Part shown: positions 25,765-39,517 of the stretch, in pieces
Position numbering within the stretch: position 1 is the first letter of the stretch
Layout of the letters: the number at the start of each line of letters is the position of its first letter
From: Octopus vulgaris
Taxonomy: Eukaryota
DNA: 64,000 nucleotides
Direction of reading: 5' to 3'
Assembly: GCA_951406725.2 (NCBI GenBank)
Contig: OX597818.1
Coordinates: forward strand, 79,794,001-79,858,000
Translations under genes and position numbers: made by a program
Notes under the pieces: model-generated
What the model was told of the DNA's origin: nothing
Database searches by the model: none
Seen by the model: only the letters and a program-made list of their open reading frames with translations

Positions 25765-26395
25765 ACATTAACATGTGTGCGTGTATGCATGTATGTCCAT
25801 ATGCATGTCATTCCAATCACAATCTTCAAAATTACTCAGGTTACATAAAGTCATCCCGTCGTGCAATAAGGTTTTTATCTGTTAGCAAGATACGTCTAGC
25901 TTTCGAATTCGTCTCCTTCATTTGTAGATATGGCTGTTCGCTTACACGCTTCATGACATGGAGAAGTGCATTTACGTTACAACCTCCCGTTACTACTCAC
26001 CCTTTAAATCTTAAATTATATACGTTTCACGATTTAACTCCGCCATGTACACCTTTGGTGGCATGTAGTAGAATCCACGCTTTTACCCGCATTCAAGTCA
26101 AGCTCCCGGTTACACGATAGCTTGCTCCTTTCCGTCTAACAGTGTCGGAAACCTTGTGAAGAGAATGAGTTCTACTCTCTAACTGTTCTTTGTCTTATAG
26201 TAATTAAAACATTAAGCAAACATACACTATATAAACACATACACACATACATACACGCATACACATACATACATACATGCAAACATACATACATGCATGC
26301 ATACATATCTGTATATGTAAATATATACATACATGTATATATACATATATATATACATATATATATATATACATATATACATACACATATATATA

Positions 26396-26477
<82 letters not shown>

Positions 26478-26511
26478 TATATTATATATATTATATTCTT
26501 TATCTTTTTAC

Positions 26512-26547
<36 letters not shown>

Positions 26548-26689
26548 TCATCGGATAGTTGGTGCGTGAATAAACTGTCGTCTAAATTACGCAAAAATGA
26601 AAATAACAAATTAGCAAAATGAAAAACTGACATCTCATTTTAACAGATATATTTACCAAAATTTCATTAAAATGTCTTGAAATATTAAA

Positions 26690-27460
26690 GAGTAAATCTA
26701 TTCAAGAAAATCACCATTAGCTTCAACCACAGTCTCCAGTTCATCTTTGGTGTTACAATGAGTTTTGTTGGTCTCTCTCTCAACTGCGCCCCACACACAA
26801 TAAGCAAGGGGATTGCAGTCTGGGGAGTTAGGTGGCCAGATATTTGGGATGATGTGGTCGCAGAAATTACCTAACAGCGATGACTAGGTTCTCCTGCTTG
26901 TGTGACATGGTGCAGTGTCCAGACATATGATCTTCCAGCAGCCTCTCTCTTGACCCAGGGCAGCCCTACCTCCTCTAGGCACTTGATGTAGGCCTCCGTG
27001 TTGTGTCTGAGGCAGTGAGGAAAGATGAATGAAGGCATAACGCTGCCAACACTAATGATCACTTCAAACACCATGATGTTGACTGGATGTTTGATTTTTA
27101 TCACGCACGGTACATGTTTTGGGGCCATGGTAAGCCAAAGGTTCACCATCTGATCCTGGCAAAAATTTTTCTCGTCTGAGAAAAAACAGAGCATGTTCCG
27201 TTGGAGGGGATGCTTGAGTTTGTTCAAAAGCTTCGTAGAGCGGTCTTTCCTCTTGTCCTTGATGGTTTGAGATAACAATTTACCTTTTCTCATCTGATAT
27301 GATGAATACCGAATGTTTTCAAACACTACCTGATAAGAATCTCGGACGCCCCCATGTCCCTGGCGATGGACCTCATTGACTTGGAGAGATCGTTGTCAAT
27401 CATGGCCTGGTTCTCACCAACAAATTCAGGAGAACGATCAGAGTGAGTTTTCCGAGCTTG
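26690..27460 (-). mobile_element. Tc1/mariner superfamily, maT/DD37D-like transposase fossil
   Basis: FFSDEKNF, KHPVNIMVF..I, YIKCLEE..LPWV and WPPNSPDCNP motifs. Confidence 0.82.
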
Positions 27461-27468
27461 TCCTATTT

Positions 27469-27716
27469 CTATAGAGGGGTTCGTGTCTCAGACTAGTGCA
27501 TGCTTTGATTGGTAGAAATTAGTCTGATGACTAGAAGATAGTGACTGTCACTAGACATGTTCAGTCAACTTACGATGCCAAACATTATCACTTGATACTA
27601 GCACACGGACGTAGCGAGGCACCTAGAAACATTTCTAAGACCAGTCATATGACTTTCTTCTATCAATCAAGTCCTATTCAAAACATATTAATTTGAGCCA
27701 TGAACTCCCTATAAAA
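27469..27716. mobile_element. Degenerate fold-back/MITE-like element
   Basis: TATAGAGGGGTTCGTGTCTCAGA imperfectly inverted as TTTGAGCCATGAACTCCCTATA; inner TTGATTGGTAGAA / TTCTATCAATCAA. Confidence 0.55.
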
Positions 27717-27798
27717 ATAGGGCAACCTTCAAGCACTAGCCAGAAACGACACAGCTGTGACAACGCCTTTCTATTTCTAAAACCGGTTAAATATTTAA

Positions 27799-28050
<252 letters not shown>

Positions 28051-28629
28051 ATTTTAACAATTCTCAGTGCAATTTCAACTTCTATTTTTCCAATATTTCT
28101 ACCCGTGTTGAACTGTTATATATATATATATATATATATATATTACTCTTACTCTTACTCTTACTCTTTTACTCTTTTATTCTTTTACTTGTTTCAGTCA
28201 TTTGACTGCGGGCATGGTGGAGCACCGCCTTTAGTCGAACAAATCGATCCCAGGACTTAGTCTTTGTAAGCCTAGTATTTATTCTATCGGTCTCTTTTGC
28301 TGAAACGCTAGGTTACGGCGACCTAAAGACACCACCATCTGTTGTCAAGCGATATTGGGGGAACAAAGACAGACGCACAAACATATACACATACACATAT
28401 ATACATATATACGACGGGCTTCTTTCAGTTTCCGTCTACCAAATCCACTCACAATGCTTTGGTCGGACCGAGACTATATTACAAGACACTTGGCATTCGA
28501 AAAAAAAGGATGATAGAATAAGTGTTAGGCTTTAAAAATTAGTACTGGGATCGAATTGTTCGACTAAAAAGAAACCCCTTCAATGCGGTGCCTTAGCATG
28601 GCCATAGTCAAATAACTGAAACAAGTAAA

Positions 28630-28716
<87 letters not shown>

Positions 28717-28792
28717 AAGGACGGGTCCTTCGGAGTTTTCTTTCCTCATTCGAGTTGCAGATTATCTTATGTAAGTATATATATATATATAT

Positions 28793-28841
<49 letters not shown>

Positions 28842-28977
28842 ATGTGTGCGCACAATAACGGTTAAATAAAGAGACTACATTTACTGAAACATTTCAACCG
28901 CGCCTGAATATAAACGTTTAATCAATTTCGGACTATGTAAATATTTTATTTCATAATATAGATAGATAGATAGAAAA

Positions 28978-29041
<64 letters not shown>

Positions 29042-29055
29042 TTAGATAGTTAGAT

Positions 29056-29147
<92 letters not shown>

Positions 29148-29429
29148 CGATAGATAGATAGATAAACATTGTACACATTTATACACACATATGTGCAAAT
29201 GTATATATAAAATATATTACAAAATAGAGAAATTGACATGGAATTCAGGAGATATCTTGTTAATCGTTAAGATCGTTTCGAATCATCTTGGTCTCTAGCG
29301 GGTGAGGTACTATACAACAGGCTGTGGTGCATATTTCAGCGCACCTGTGTCTCGTCATGTGACTTTACAAAAGGTACTTTGCTCAATAAACTGTCTCGGT
29401 TGGCTAGATTATAATGCATAAATATATGT

Positions 29430-29512
<83 letters not shown>

Positions 29513-29539
29513 GTGTGTATGTGTGTGTTTGTGTGCGTA

Positions 29540-29571
<32 letters not shown>

Positions 29572-29806
29572 AATATTATTAATAGTTAGGGAATGTAATA
29601 ATTCCAAGCTAAGAGGGGAAAAAATTTCAATTTAGCACACTAAATCAAAATTCACCATATATACATGTATATAGAATTTAGAGACAAACTGCTATTTAGT
29701 TATTCCATCAATAGTGATAAGATATTATCTCTAATAACCACATAGAAATTAATTAAATATCTTATACTTATTATTCTAAAAATCTCATAACAAATCAAAC
29801 ATTACA

Positions 29807-29923
29807 TTAACTACGCGCGTTTCATGACTAAATATATAAATCGATAATGTCAAAATTTAATTTTTAAAATTTAAAATTCACTATTAATTCAATTTAGAAA
29901 TATTTAGCCACTCTTCACGTCAA
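29807..29923 (-). ncRNA. Hammerhead motif with long AT-rich stem II (C3 mutated to G)
   Basis: Minus strand: ttgac-GTGAAGA-GTGGCTAAATAT...ATATTTAGTCAT-GAAAC-GCGC-GTA-gttaa; 12-bp stem II base and palindromic GCGC. Confidence 0.7.
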
Positions 29924-30494
29924 AAAACTAACATAAATAAATTTAGATATTATAATAAAACAATATTAATGTAAAGCAAAAACATGACTTATCTTATTGA
30001 TGAAAACCAGTCTCTAAATTATATATATATAAATGTTGTGAGTATGTGTCTTGAGGTGTGGATTGCTAAATTAAAGAAGTCAACCATACTACCATATTTC
30101 AAAATACCCCTTGACCTTACGTCAACAATAGCGTGATTACAGCCCGATTTAGCCGGTTTCAATTCCGGCTTTAAACCAATTACACATCGCTTAGATAACT
30201 TACCACTGTTTATTAAAAAAGTAACATAACATGAAAAACTTCTATCCTTCAAATTATATGACCTTGAGCTTAATAATAAATCAATATTACAATAAATAAA
30301 TGATATTTCAGATGTCGCGTTGTAATTGCATACGTTGTTTATTTAGCTGTCTAGCGTTTCGGTTTCAATCTAAGTATGTTTTATTTTCATGTTTTTAACG
30401 TTCATTACACATAGATTTTTTAGTATCCGGTGTCAACTTCTTTATGCTACTTTATTAATGTATGTATGAATAAATATACTTACAAACATGTGTA

Positions 30495-30539
<45 letters not shown>

Positions 30540-30540
30540 C

Positions 30541-30625
<85 letters not shown>

Positions 30626-30858
30626 CACACACACACACACGTGTGAGTGTATATATGTATATGAATGTAAGCATACACGAATCTAAATTTTGTGTGTGTA
30701 TGCTTGTGTGTGTGTGTGTAAATGCAAATTTGAAATTCATGTTTATGCTACAATAAATGTTTCAAAATTTACAGATACAGACACACACGCACATTTATAC
30801 ATCCAATTTATATGTACACACACAAACACACACACATACATACACAAATTCCTATACG

Positions 30859-30905
<47 letters not shown>

Positions 30906-31179
30906 TAAATAGAGAGAAAAAGAGAGAGAGATGTAGCATATATACATATATATATAATGCTTAATTCATATACATACATACACACATACATATGTATATA
31001 TATATATATGCCTGAGTGTATGTATGTGTGTGTGTATGCGTGCACGTGCGTGCGTGTGTGTGTGAGTGTGCAGTATTACGCTTACAAGTGAGCGCACTGT
31101 TTGCTGCTAATTATGTTACATGCACGAGTATAGTGTTTGCTTTCATGAATATGTACACATGTTCCCTAGTTCTGGTTCT

Positions 31180-31324
31180 GGTTCTGATGATGACAACGGC
31201 GGTGTTGGCGTGTATAATGACATCGACCGTGACCACCGCCAACATGAAGGTTATGACGACGAAGAAGACGACGATGACAATGATGGTGATGATGATGATG
31301 ATGAGGAGGAGGAGGATGATGATT

Positions 31325-31355
<31 letters not shown>

Positions 31356-31596
31356 CGATGACGTGGATGATGACGACAATAGTCATCACGGATATGATGA
31401 GGAGGAGGAGGGGGATTTCGACGACGACGATGATGATGATGATGATGATGATAACAATAATGATGATTTTGATGATGATGATGAAGATGGTCAGCAGTAG
31501 CAGCATGAAGAAGAAGAAGAAAATGAAGAAGAAGAAGAAGAAGAAGAAGAAGAAGAAGAAGAAGAAGAAGAAGAAGAAGAAGAAGAAGAAGAAGAT

Positions 31597-31637
<41 letters not shown>

Positions 31638-31881
31638 TTGCTGCTACTGATGGTGATGATGATGATGATCATAATGATCATGATCATGTTGATTAAGACA
31701 ATTATGAGCCTGCGTGACTAGAAATGTAGCGCAGTTGGATTTTAACAGTTATTTTGATACGTTGCAGGGGACAGGCTATTGATGACGAAAGTGATGATGG
31801 CGATGATGACGATGCTAATGGTGGGGGCGGTGATTCAGGGAGCGGCGGTGTAGGGGCGGTGGTGTTGGTGCTAGTGTTGGT

Positions 31882-31944
<63 letters not shown>

Positions 31945-31985
31945 GGTGTTGGTGGTGGTGTTTGTGGTGGTGGTAGTGGTGGTGA
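31180..31985. repeat. Compound low-complexity trinucleotide block (GAT/GAC/GAG/GAA, then GTT/GGT)
   Basis: Degenerate triplet runs producing poly-D/E/K/M/L in different frames. Confidence 0.9.
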
Positions 31986-32253
31986 GTTGGAAAATATTTA
32001 ATTTAGCATGTTTCTTTGTTGGCTAATTGAAAATGTTCTCAGTGTGATACAAATATGCGCCATATTGTAACATGTAGTATTACAACATAAAAAATATATT
32101 TTTTAAAAACTCCACATGAAAAAATGTGCTCCTCAGTAATTGCTCTCAGATTGTCTCTCAACTGGATCTTATGTATCCACACTGCGTCTACACGAGTGCT
32201 GTTATTAATTTTGTTGTTACTGTAGTTGTCGTTGATGTCACTCCTTTCTCTCA

Positions 32254-32317
<64 letters not shown>

Positions 32318-32319
<2 letters not shown>

Positions 32320-32673
32320 TAGCAGTATCGCCCGGCGTTGCTCGGGTTTGTAAGGGAAATAATTATAAAGCATTTTTAGAGAGTTATAGCCCAAAAATGG
32401 AAAAAAAATGATGGTAAATTTTTTTAGTTAAAAAGGTCGAGTTGCGTCCCCTAGACAGTCTGTGGTTTGTGTTTCTGATTGTTGACCCCATGTCGACTTT
32501 ATCGATTTTTTTCAGAACTGGGGGAACTTTTCAAAATTTTCGCTGCGTTAGTTTTGAATTAAGACATTGGGCTATGTGCGTGTCAAGTTTCATCAGAATC
32601 GGTTGAAAGCCGTGGTCAGGGTGAGGGTACAACCAAACAGACACACAGAAACACACACAGACAAACTGCCGTT

Positions 32674-32680
<7 letters not shown>
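32318..32680 (-). mobile_element. Non-autonomous Helitron-like element
   Basis: Minus-strand 3' end ...CCCGAGCAACGCCGGGCGATACTG-CTAGT (GC hairpin then CTAG); embedded in (TA)n with no TSD. Confidence 0.65.
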
Positions 32681-32732
<52 letters not shown>

Positions 32733-32769
32733 GATCAAAATAAAATAAAAACATGATGCGAAGGATTCA

Positions 32770-32847
32770 GCGGTACATATGTTTCGGGCCTTTATTAGAC
32801 AGATTTATAACAATGCATAATGTATGTCTGTGGCCTTCTTCAGCCGC
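32770..32847 (-). ncRNA. Minimal type-I hammerhead ribozyme (mirror of 33834-33911)
   Basis: Reverse complement of the + copy. Confidence 0.82.
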
Positions 32848-33833
32848 GCACAACAGCTTCTGCAAGGACATGCGTTACATCAAGAATTCTTGGTTGGGGA
32901 TGCAAATCCTCTCATTCACGTACGACATAATGCGGCAGCAGCATAGAATTGAAGCGTCCATCTCTTTCTTCTCTCAATGTGGAATGAGGAAAAAGTATGT
33001 AGTGATGGGCGCGCGTATATACATGTGAGCGTGTACGCGCGTAATGTCCGTGTATATATGCGGATATTCTGGTGTATGTATGTGTGTGTACGCGCGTGCG
33101 TGTGGGTGCGTGTGTGTTTATGTACGTGTTTACACGCGAGTGCGTGTGTATGCTTATATGCTTGGAGGCGTATATGTACGCGTATATGTGGGTGTATGTA
33201 TCCATGATGATATGTATGTACTAGTAGTCCACTCAATTCAAGGAACCAGATTAAATGCTCATCAGCTCTGATTTACAACGCATTAAGTCCCCAGACGAAA
33301 CTGTTGATTTACTGTTGATTTACTGACAATTCTACAACTAAATTTTATCAATCTCCTGACCACCATGCTTGGTCCGTAACCTCTATACATCCCTTATCTT
33401 TACATTCTTTTACACTTTTATCATGGTTTTATCAGATTTTTTTACTTTTATTCCTATTTCTATTTTTACTTTATAACCTTATGCCTTTACATTTATTTAC
33501 ATTTCTTTATATTTCTTTATACCCCCTTTACATCTCCTTACAACTCTTTATATCTTTATCCTCTACATTTTTATATTATTCTATACTTACACTTTTTATA
33601 CATTTTTTATCCCTCGTCCCGAACTCTCGCCCCTCCATCTTCACCTCTATATATGTATTTATTTATTTACATTACCTCAACATCCAATTTTCCTCATTCC
33701 ACATTGAGAGAAGAAAGAGATGGACGCTTCAATTCTATGCTGCTGCCGCATTATGTCGTACGTGAATGAGAGGATTTGCATCCCCAACCAAGAATTCTTG
33801 ATGTAACGCATGTCCTTGCGGAAGCTGTTGTGC

Positions 33834-33911
33834 GCGGCTGAAGAAGGCCACAGACATACATTATGCATTGTTATAAATCTGTCTAATAAAGGCCCGAAAC
33901 ATATGTACCGC
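33834..33911 (+). ncRNA. Minimal type-I hammerhead ribozyme, canonical core
   Basis: gcgg-CTGAAGA-A-GGCC...GGCC-C-GAAAC-ATAT-GTA-ccgc; perfect 4-bp stem I, palindromic ATAT loop III, predicted cleavage after A33907. Confidence 0.85.
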
Positions 33912-34018
33912 TGAATCCTTCGCATCATGTTTTTATTTTATTTTGATCAATTTACTCCACCACCTACACCACCAAACGGTATACACAGGTGCTTATAATT
34001 ATCAAGTACTCACCCCGA

Positions 34019-34068
<50 letters not shown>

Positions 34069-34253
34069 CAAAGTCTGCCAAAATAAAAGGCAAAATTCTG
34101 TATAAATATTTAACTTGTTTAATATAACTACCTCTATAAATATAAATACCTCTTTCGATGTTTTATCAAACTGCAATAACACTGAATAAAAATATTTATA
34201 CAGACTTTTCCTTTCTTGAAGTGTTTATATATTTTGGGGGTGGACTCTGTATG

Positions 34254-34285
<32 letters not shown>

Positions 34286-34756
34286 TGTATGTATGTATGT
34301 ATGTACGTACGTACGTACGTACGTATGTATGTATGTATGTATGTATGTATGTATGTATGTATGTACGTACGTACGTACGTACGTACGTATGTATGTATGT
34401 ATGTATGTATGTATGTATGTATGTATGTATGTATGCATGTATGTATGTATGCATTTATGTATGTATGTATATAATTCAAATCAGTTTGATTCGGATTCCA
34501 TATTACTTCAAATTTCGAACGCCCAAACGAAGCCTTTCTCGTTAGGGTGGTAATAATATGATTATCACAACACTGAGGAGAAAGTCTCCGTTAGGTTCCT
34601 CGAAACTTAAAGTAGCATGGAATCCGAAGCATACTGTTTTGAATAATACATGTGACTCCCAATAAATGTGTTGCGTACCGCTTTCTTTCGTTTATCCACT
34701 CACTCATACACATATAAATGAGAGAGAGTGAGACAGTCAAACAGATAGAGACAAAG

Positions 34757-34832
<76 letters not shown>

Positions 34833-34931
34833 TTATATATTTATATAGAAAGGCTTACCATTGTATACATACATACATTTATATGTATGTATGTATGTAT
34901 GTATGGATAGATAGATAGATAGATAGATAGA

Positions 34932-34962
<31 letters not shown>

Positions 34963-34971
34963 GTGCGTGTA

Positions 34972-35560
34972 AATTAAAAAGGGTGGCTTACTTGCAATTA
35001 GAAGCTAAAGGCAAAACTAATAGAGTTCACTAAGTGACAAGAAGTACTGACTAGTACCGCTTTTGCTAAAGATAAAAAGCCACAAAATCACTGTTTTAAT
35101 GACTGACAAAGGGAGATAAGTCCCCAGCGTAAAAGTGAAAACAATAAATTAAAAAGGGTATCTCACTTTGTCAATAATTAAGACAGTGATTTTGTGGCTT
35201 TTGAGTTAAAGTATCTTCAGTTTTCTGACCTCTATAAATATGCCTTTAGGTTCTAATTGCTAATAAGCCACCTTTCTTAATTTTTTGTGTACACTTTTAC
35301 CGTTTTGAAAATTTGCACACATTTTCAACAATTTTCTTATAAGACTGACAAAGGTAGTTGAGTTTAACACTAGGCATTAAGAGCTGCTGATGAGATTTAG
35401 ATGGTCGACATCAAAATTCGAAATCATGATCCGGCTATGTACGCTTGGGATTTACCTCCCTTTGTCAGTCATTAAGACAGTGATTTTGTGACTTTTGAGT
35501 TATTTTAAATCTTATCTTTAGCAAAAGCGGTGCTAGTCAGTACCCTCTATCACTTTTGTG
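34972..35560. mobile_element. Rearranged fold-back (MITE-like) element with interleaved inverted repeats
   Basis: 34972-35013 is inverted at 35241-35282, and 35046-35126 is inverted at ~35447-35543. Confidence 0.7.
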
Positions 35561-35742
35561 TCATTTCGAGTTTCATAGCCAGCCGCCAACATTTTTTTCT
35601 GTAAAATAGGAGTAGCTTATCCTGTTCAGGCTATCTTATTAGCATTATCCTGCATTTGAGAATTTTTTTAAAAGCAAACTTCAAAAGCAAACTTCGTTCG
35701 TTTGTTTACGTTCATCGTAATTTGAATTTAATACACACATAC

Positions 35743-35812
<70 letters not shown>

Positions 35813-36626
35813 GTTTGGGTTGGGACAAACGGGCAAGTAATGCTCTGTGAGATTCTCCGAGTTCAACTAGTCCTTCGGGTGTGTCTCTTCAAATAATTAT
35901 AAAACAACGTATTTTCTGACACAGAGGTCGACGTAGCATATACTAACAGTACTACTCATGAAAGTGCATGGTCAATTGATTAGGGTGTTTGTACTCGCAA
36001 TTTCACAATCATTGGTTCGATTCTTAAAGAGTCATTGTGTTGTATCCCTGAACGTGGTATTCATTTTCTCATTGCTCCAGTCTAGTTAACTGGTGTAACT
36101 CTATCTCTCTCCGGTTGTCACATCATTTGCATTCCTCTGGTGTTGTGTTTGTAGCTGCTCACAACTTTATCATCCTCATTATCAACAGCCCCTGGACATT
36201 ACTGTTTCAAGTCCTAGAACTCATGGGACATGTTTCCATCCGAGTGGGACGCCAATTCGTCGTAGGGCTACCCATTTACAAATGAGTTCACTGAGTTCAC
36301 TTTCCTCAAGATTACAACACACCGCCCTGTCTGGGAATCGAAATCACAATCATGCCACTGGGAGTGCAACAGCCAAACAATTATGCCACGCGCCTTTGCT
36401 TCACTTTATGTAGACACAATATAAATAGCTATTAGCGAATGCGTGATACAAACTGCCAAGAAGTTATTCTCTCTCTCTTTCTCTCTATCCCTCTCAATCT
36501 CTCTTTCGCTTTTTACCTCTCTCTCTTTTTCTCTCCCTCTCATTCTCTCTTTCTCTCTCTTTCTTGCATCTAAATACTTAACACTTTCACTACTACTACT
36601 ACTACCCATTTTTCTGTGTGTTTCAG

Positions 36627-37265
36627 GCACGTTAGCGGTGATTATCGGAGCCTTCAAAGACAATAAAGTTCAAATTGATCTGCAAGAAGGAATTGTGAGT
36701 GGTTACAGTCCTGATGTGGAGTTCCTCACTTCTCCAAAAGAATCAACAAACGATCGATGCACCAGCCAAGCAGTAATCAAAGTAGATTTATCGGGAAAAT
36801 ATCGAAGCGTTAGCCTCTATCTGGAATATGGTGAAACTCCAAAACAATGGACTTTAGATATATCAGATTCTGCAACTGGAAATGGTTATGGTGGCGACAA
36901 TGGCACCACTGGTAATATGGCCGAAGTACATATTTGCAATAAACAGCTACGTATTTATGGTAACAATTTACCAGGTTATATGGACGCCTCTGAAAATGGC
37001 GGCTTGCTTATGAAAGTAGTTGATAACTTTGTGAAAAAAGGTGCTAAAGTCAATGTAAACATCAGCGATGAAAGTGTTGAGTGGTCACGTGGCAGGAAGC
37101 ACGGTCATCTTAAATCTGAGTATCTTTTTACTCTAAATGGCCAAAAACCTTCTTACGGAAGTGTGGATTACAATATCTATATTGCATTCAATCGTGTTGT
37201 GGCAGGAGCTTACCGCAATGGCAGCGGACTATGCAAAGCAACGATTCTCTTACAAGACACACCAG
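36627..37265 (+). CDS. Internal coding exon (639 nt, phase 1-1) encoding an uncharacterised, probably secreted beta-rich domain
   Basis: Pyrimidine tract and TTTCAG acceptor (AG 36625-36626), CAG|GTTAGT donor, stop-free 213 codons of complex sequence, three Cys, and N-glycosylation sequons NGT, NIS and NGS. Confidence 0.9.
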
Positions 37266-39146
37266 GTTAGTAGATTTATTAGTTTCACTGTTGATGTATT
37301 TGTTTAAAAATATTGTTGTGGAGGCTTTATTTTTTGTTAAATTCTTTTCATCGAAAATCATTGTTTAACAATAGAAAAGTGCTGTTTTTAAATTAACTTT
37401 CGTTTTGTGTTTATAAAATACACCAGTTTAGCTCAATTTAATGTATTTATTTATAGTTATTGTTTTATCTCCTCATGTTAAATATTTTACTCTATTCAAT
37501 CAAAAAAAAAGCATTATTTAAAAATATAAATGTTTTGTTTATCTTTTGTTCTGTGTTATTTGTTGTTATATTTCAAATTATCGTTTAAGTCATGAAAGAT
37601 TAAAAATAAATTATTTTTAACGGTGGAACTCGAACTAGATAAAGCTATAAACAATAGCTGTTATAGATAACAGACTGTAGAATATCTTTCGCAGTTTCTA
37701 AATTTTTATATCAACAACGTGAAATTCAAACTGGGGAGAACAAAGCTTCTAGAATGGACAAAGGAAATTCCAAGGGTTGCTTTAGTATAATGCTATAACA
37801 GCTGTCATGTTTACAGAAGATTTGGGTTCGATTCTGGCGGGCAGCATTTGTCTTTTTCCATACAAGGAATTTTTAAACAGTATTCTGCAGGCTATCATTT
37901 GTAGCTATTTATTTAGTTCCTTCGTTAAAATAACGATTTATTTCAAATCTCACGTAGCTCTAAATCGTCATTATGTAGACAATATATAATCCTCGCTAGT
38001 AAGAACAATGCTTCCCAAATAAACGGGAACCCAAATTCGAAAGGTTGCTTTGGTATAACGGTTAAACAGCTATCATGTTCACAGAATATTTAGGTTATCT
38101 ACTTCAAACTCAGGCCGTCAAGAACAGTTTATTTGAAATTATTATATCTGTTAGTAAATATTTGCTTCTTCGATTATCGAAACATATGTAAATGTGAAGG
38201 GGATTATGGTATTAGACGTAGTGAACGAGAGCGACAGAGTGCACGAAATTATTCGTTTCTAAATAATGCTCTTCACTTTTAATCTCATTCTTTTCTTATT
38301 CTCCACACGCACACATGCACACAAACACATCTACTCACACTGTAACAAAATACCCCCGCACGCACAAAACAAGTCACATACATAGCCACACGTGATTAAA
38401 GCTATTCTTTTATGATTTTCGGTTTAATTTTTGTAATAAATTGATTTCATGGTATATTGTCAAGGTACATGGCCTAGTGGTATGGAGGCTAGCTCGCATG
38501 ATCATAAAGTCGTGGTTTCGATTCCCGGACTTGGCGGAGCGTTGTGCTTCTGAGCTAAACACTTCATTTTCCGTTGCTCCAATCCAGTCACTTCTAAACA
38601 AGTTCTTACAAGAACTATAAAGTCCATCCTGTAAAGGACAGGTGTCCTTTCCATGGCGGGGGTGCTTGATCTCAGCCTACACTACAAAGGACGAATACCC
38701 TAACCAACAACAATAATAATAAAGCATTCAACTAGTATCTACTTAATTATCTAATTATTTATGTAACAAATCAATCTAAAAATATTTCATTTGTAATTTC
38801 CTATACACGGAGGCGCGTAGCTTAGTGATTAGGGTGTTGAACTCATGATCGTAAGGTTGTGGTTTCGATTCCTGTACCGAGCGATGCGTTGCGTTCTTGA
38901 GTAAAACACTTCATTTTACGTTTTTCCAGTCCACTCAACTGGCAAAAATGAGTAATAGTGCGACAGACCGGCATCCCATCCAGGTGGGAAATTTCTACGC
39001 CACTGAAACCGGGAAACCGGCCCTTATGAGCCTGGTGTGGCTCAAGAAGGAACATTTTTTTTTCATTTTTTTTTTATTTCCTATAATGTCTTTAATGTCT
39101 TGGGACATTGCAGATATGTTTCTTCTTCTTCTTCTTCTTCTTCTTC

Positions 39147-39201
<55 letters not shown>

Positions 39202-39222
39202 CATTATCATTGTAATTATTAT

Positions 39223-39263
<41 letters not shown>

Positions 39264-39454
39264 AGGCGGTGAGCTGGGAGAAACGTTAGCACACCGGGCG
39301 AAATGCTTAGCGGTATTTCGTCTGCCGCTACGTTCTGAGTTCAAATTCTGCCACGGTCGACTTTGCTTTTCATCCTTTCGGAAACACTTGGGTCGATACA
39401 ATCGATTAGTCCCCTTCCCCCAAAATTTCCGACCTTGTGCTTATAGTTGAAAGG

Positions 39455-39517
<63 letters not shown>

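Larger units (their letters stand above)
32728..33953. repeat. Near-perfect ~266-bp inverted repeat (32728-32993 / 33688-33953), probable PLE pseudo-LTR pair
   Basis: Arms give near-identical ORF translations on opposite strands (32753+ and 33677-); each arm carries a hammerhead. Confidence 0.95.

Noticed and set aside
31016-32026. Acidic poly-D/E and poly-K ORFs resembling a biomineral or acidic protein
   Set aside because: Compound triplet repeat open in several frames on both strands, with no unique domain or splice signals.
36443-36626. N-terminal 61 aa of the 275-aa ORF as a signal or transmembrane segment
   Set aside because: It is the (CT)n polypyrimidine tract of the intron read in frame; the acceptor is at 36625-36626.
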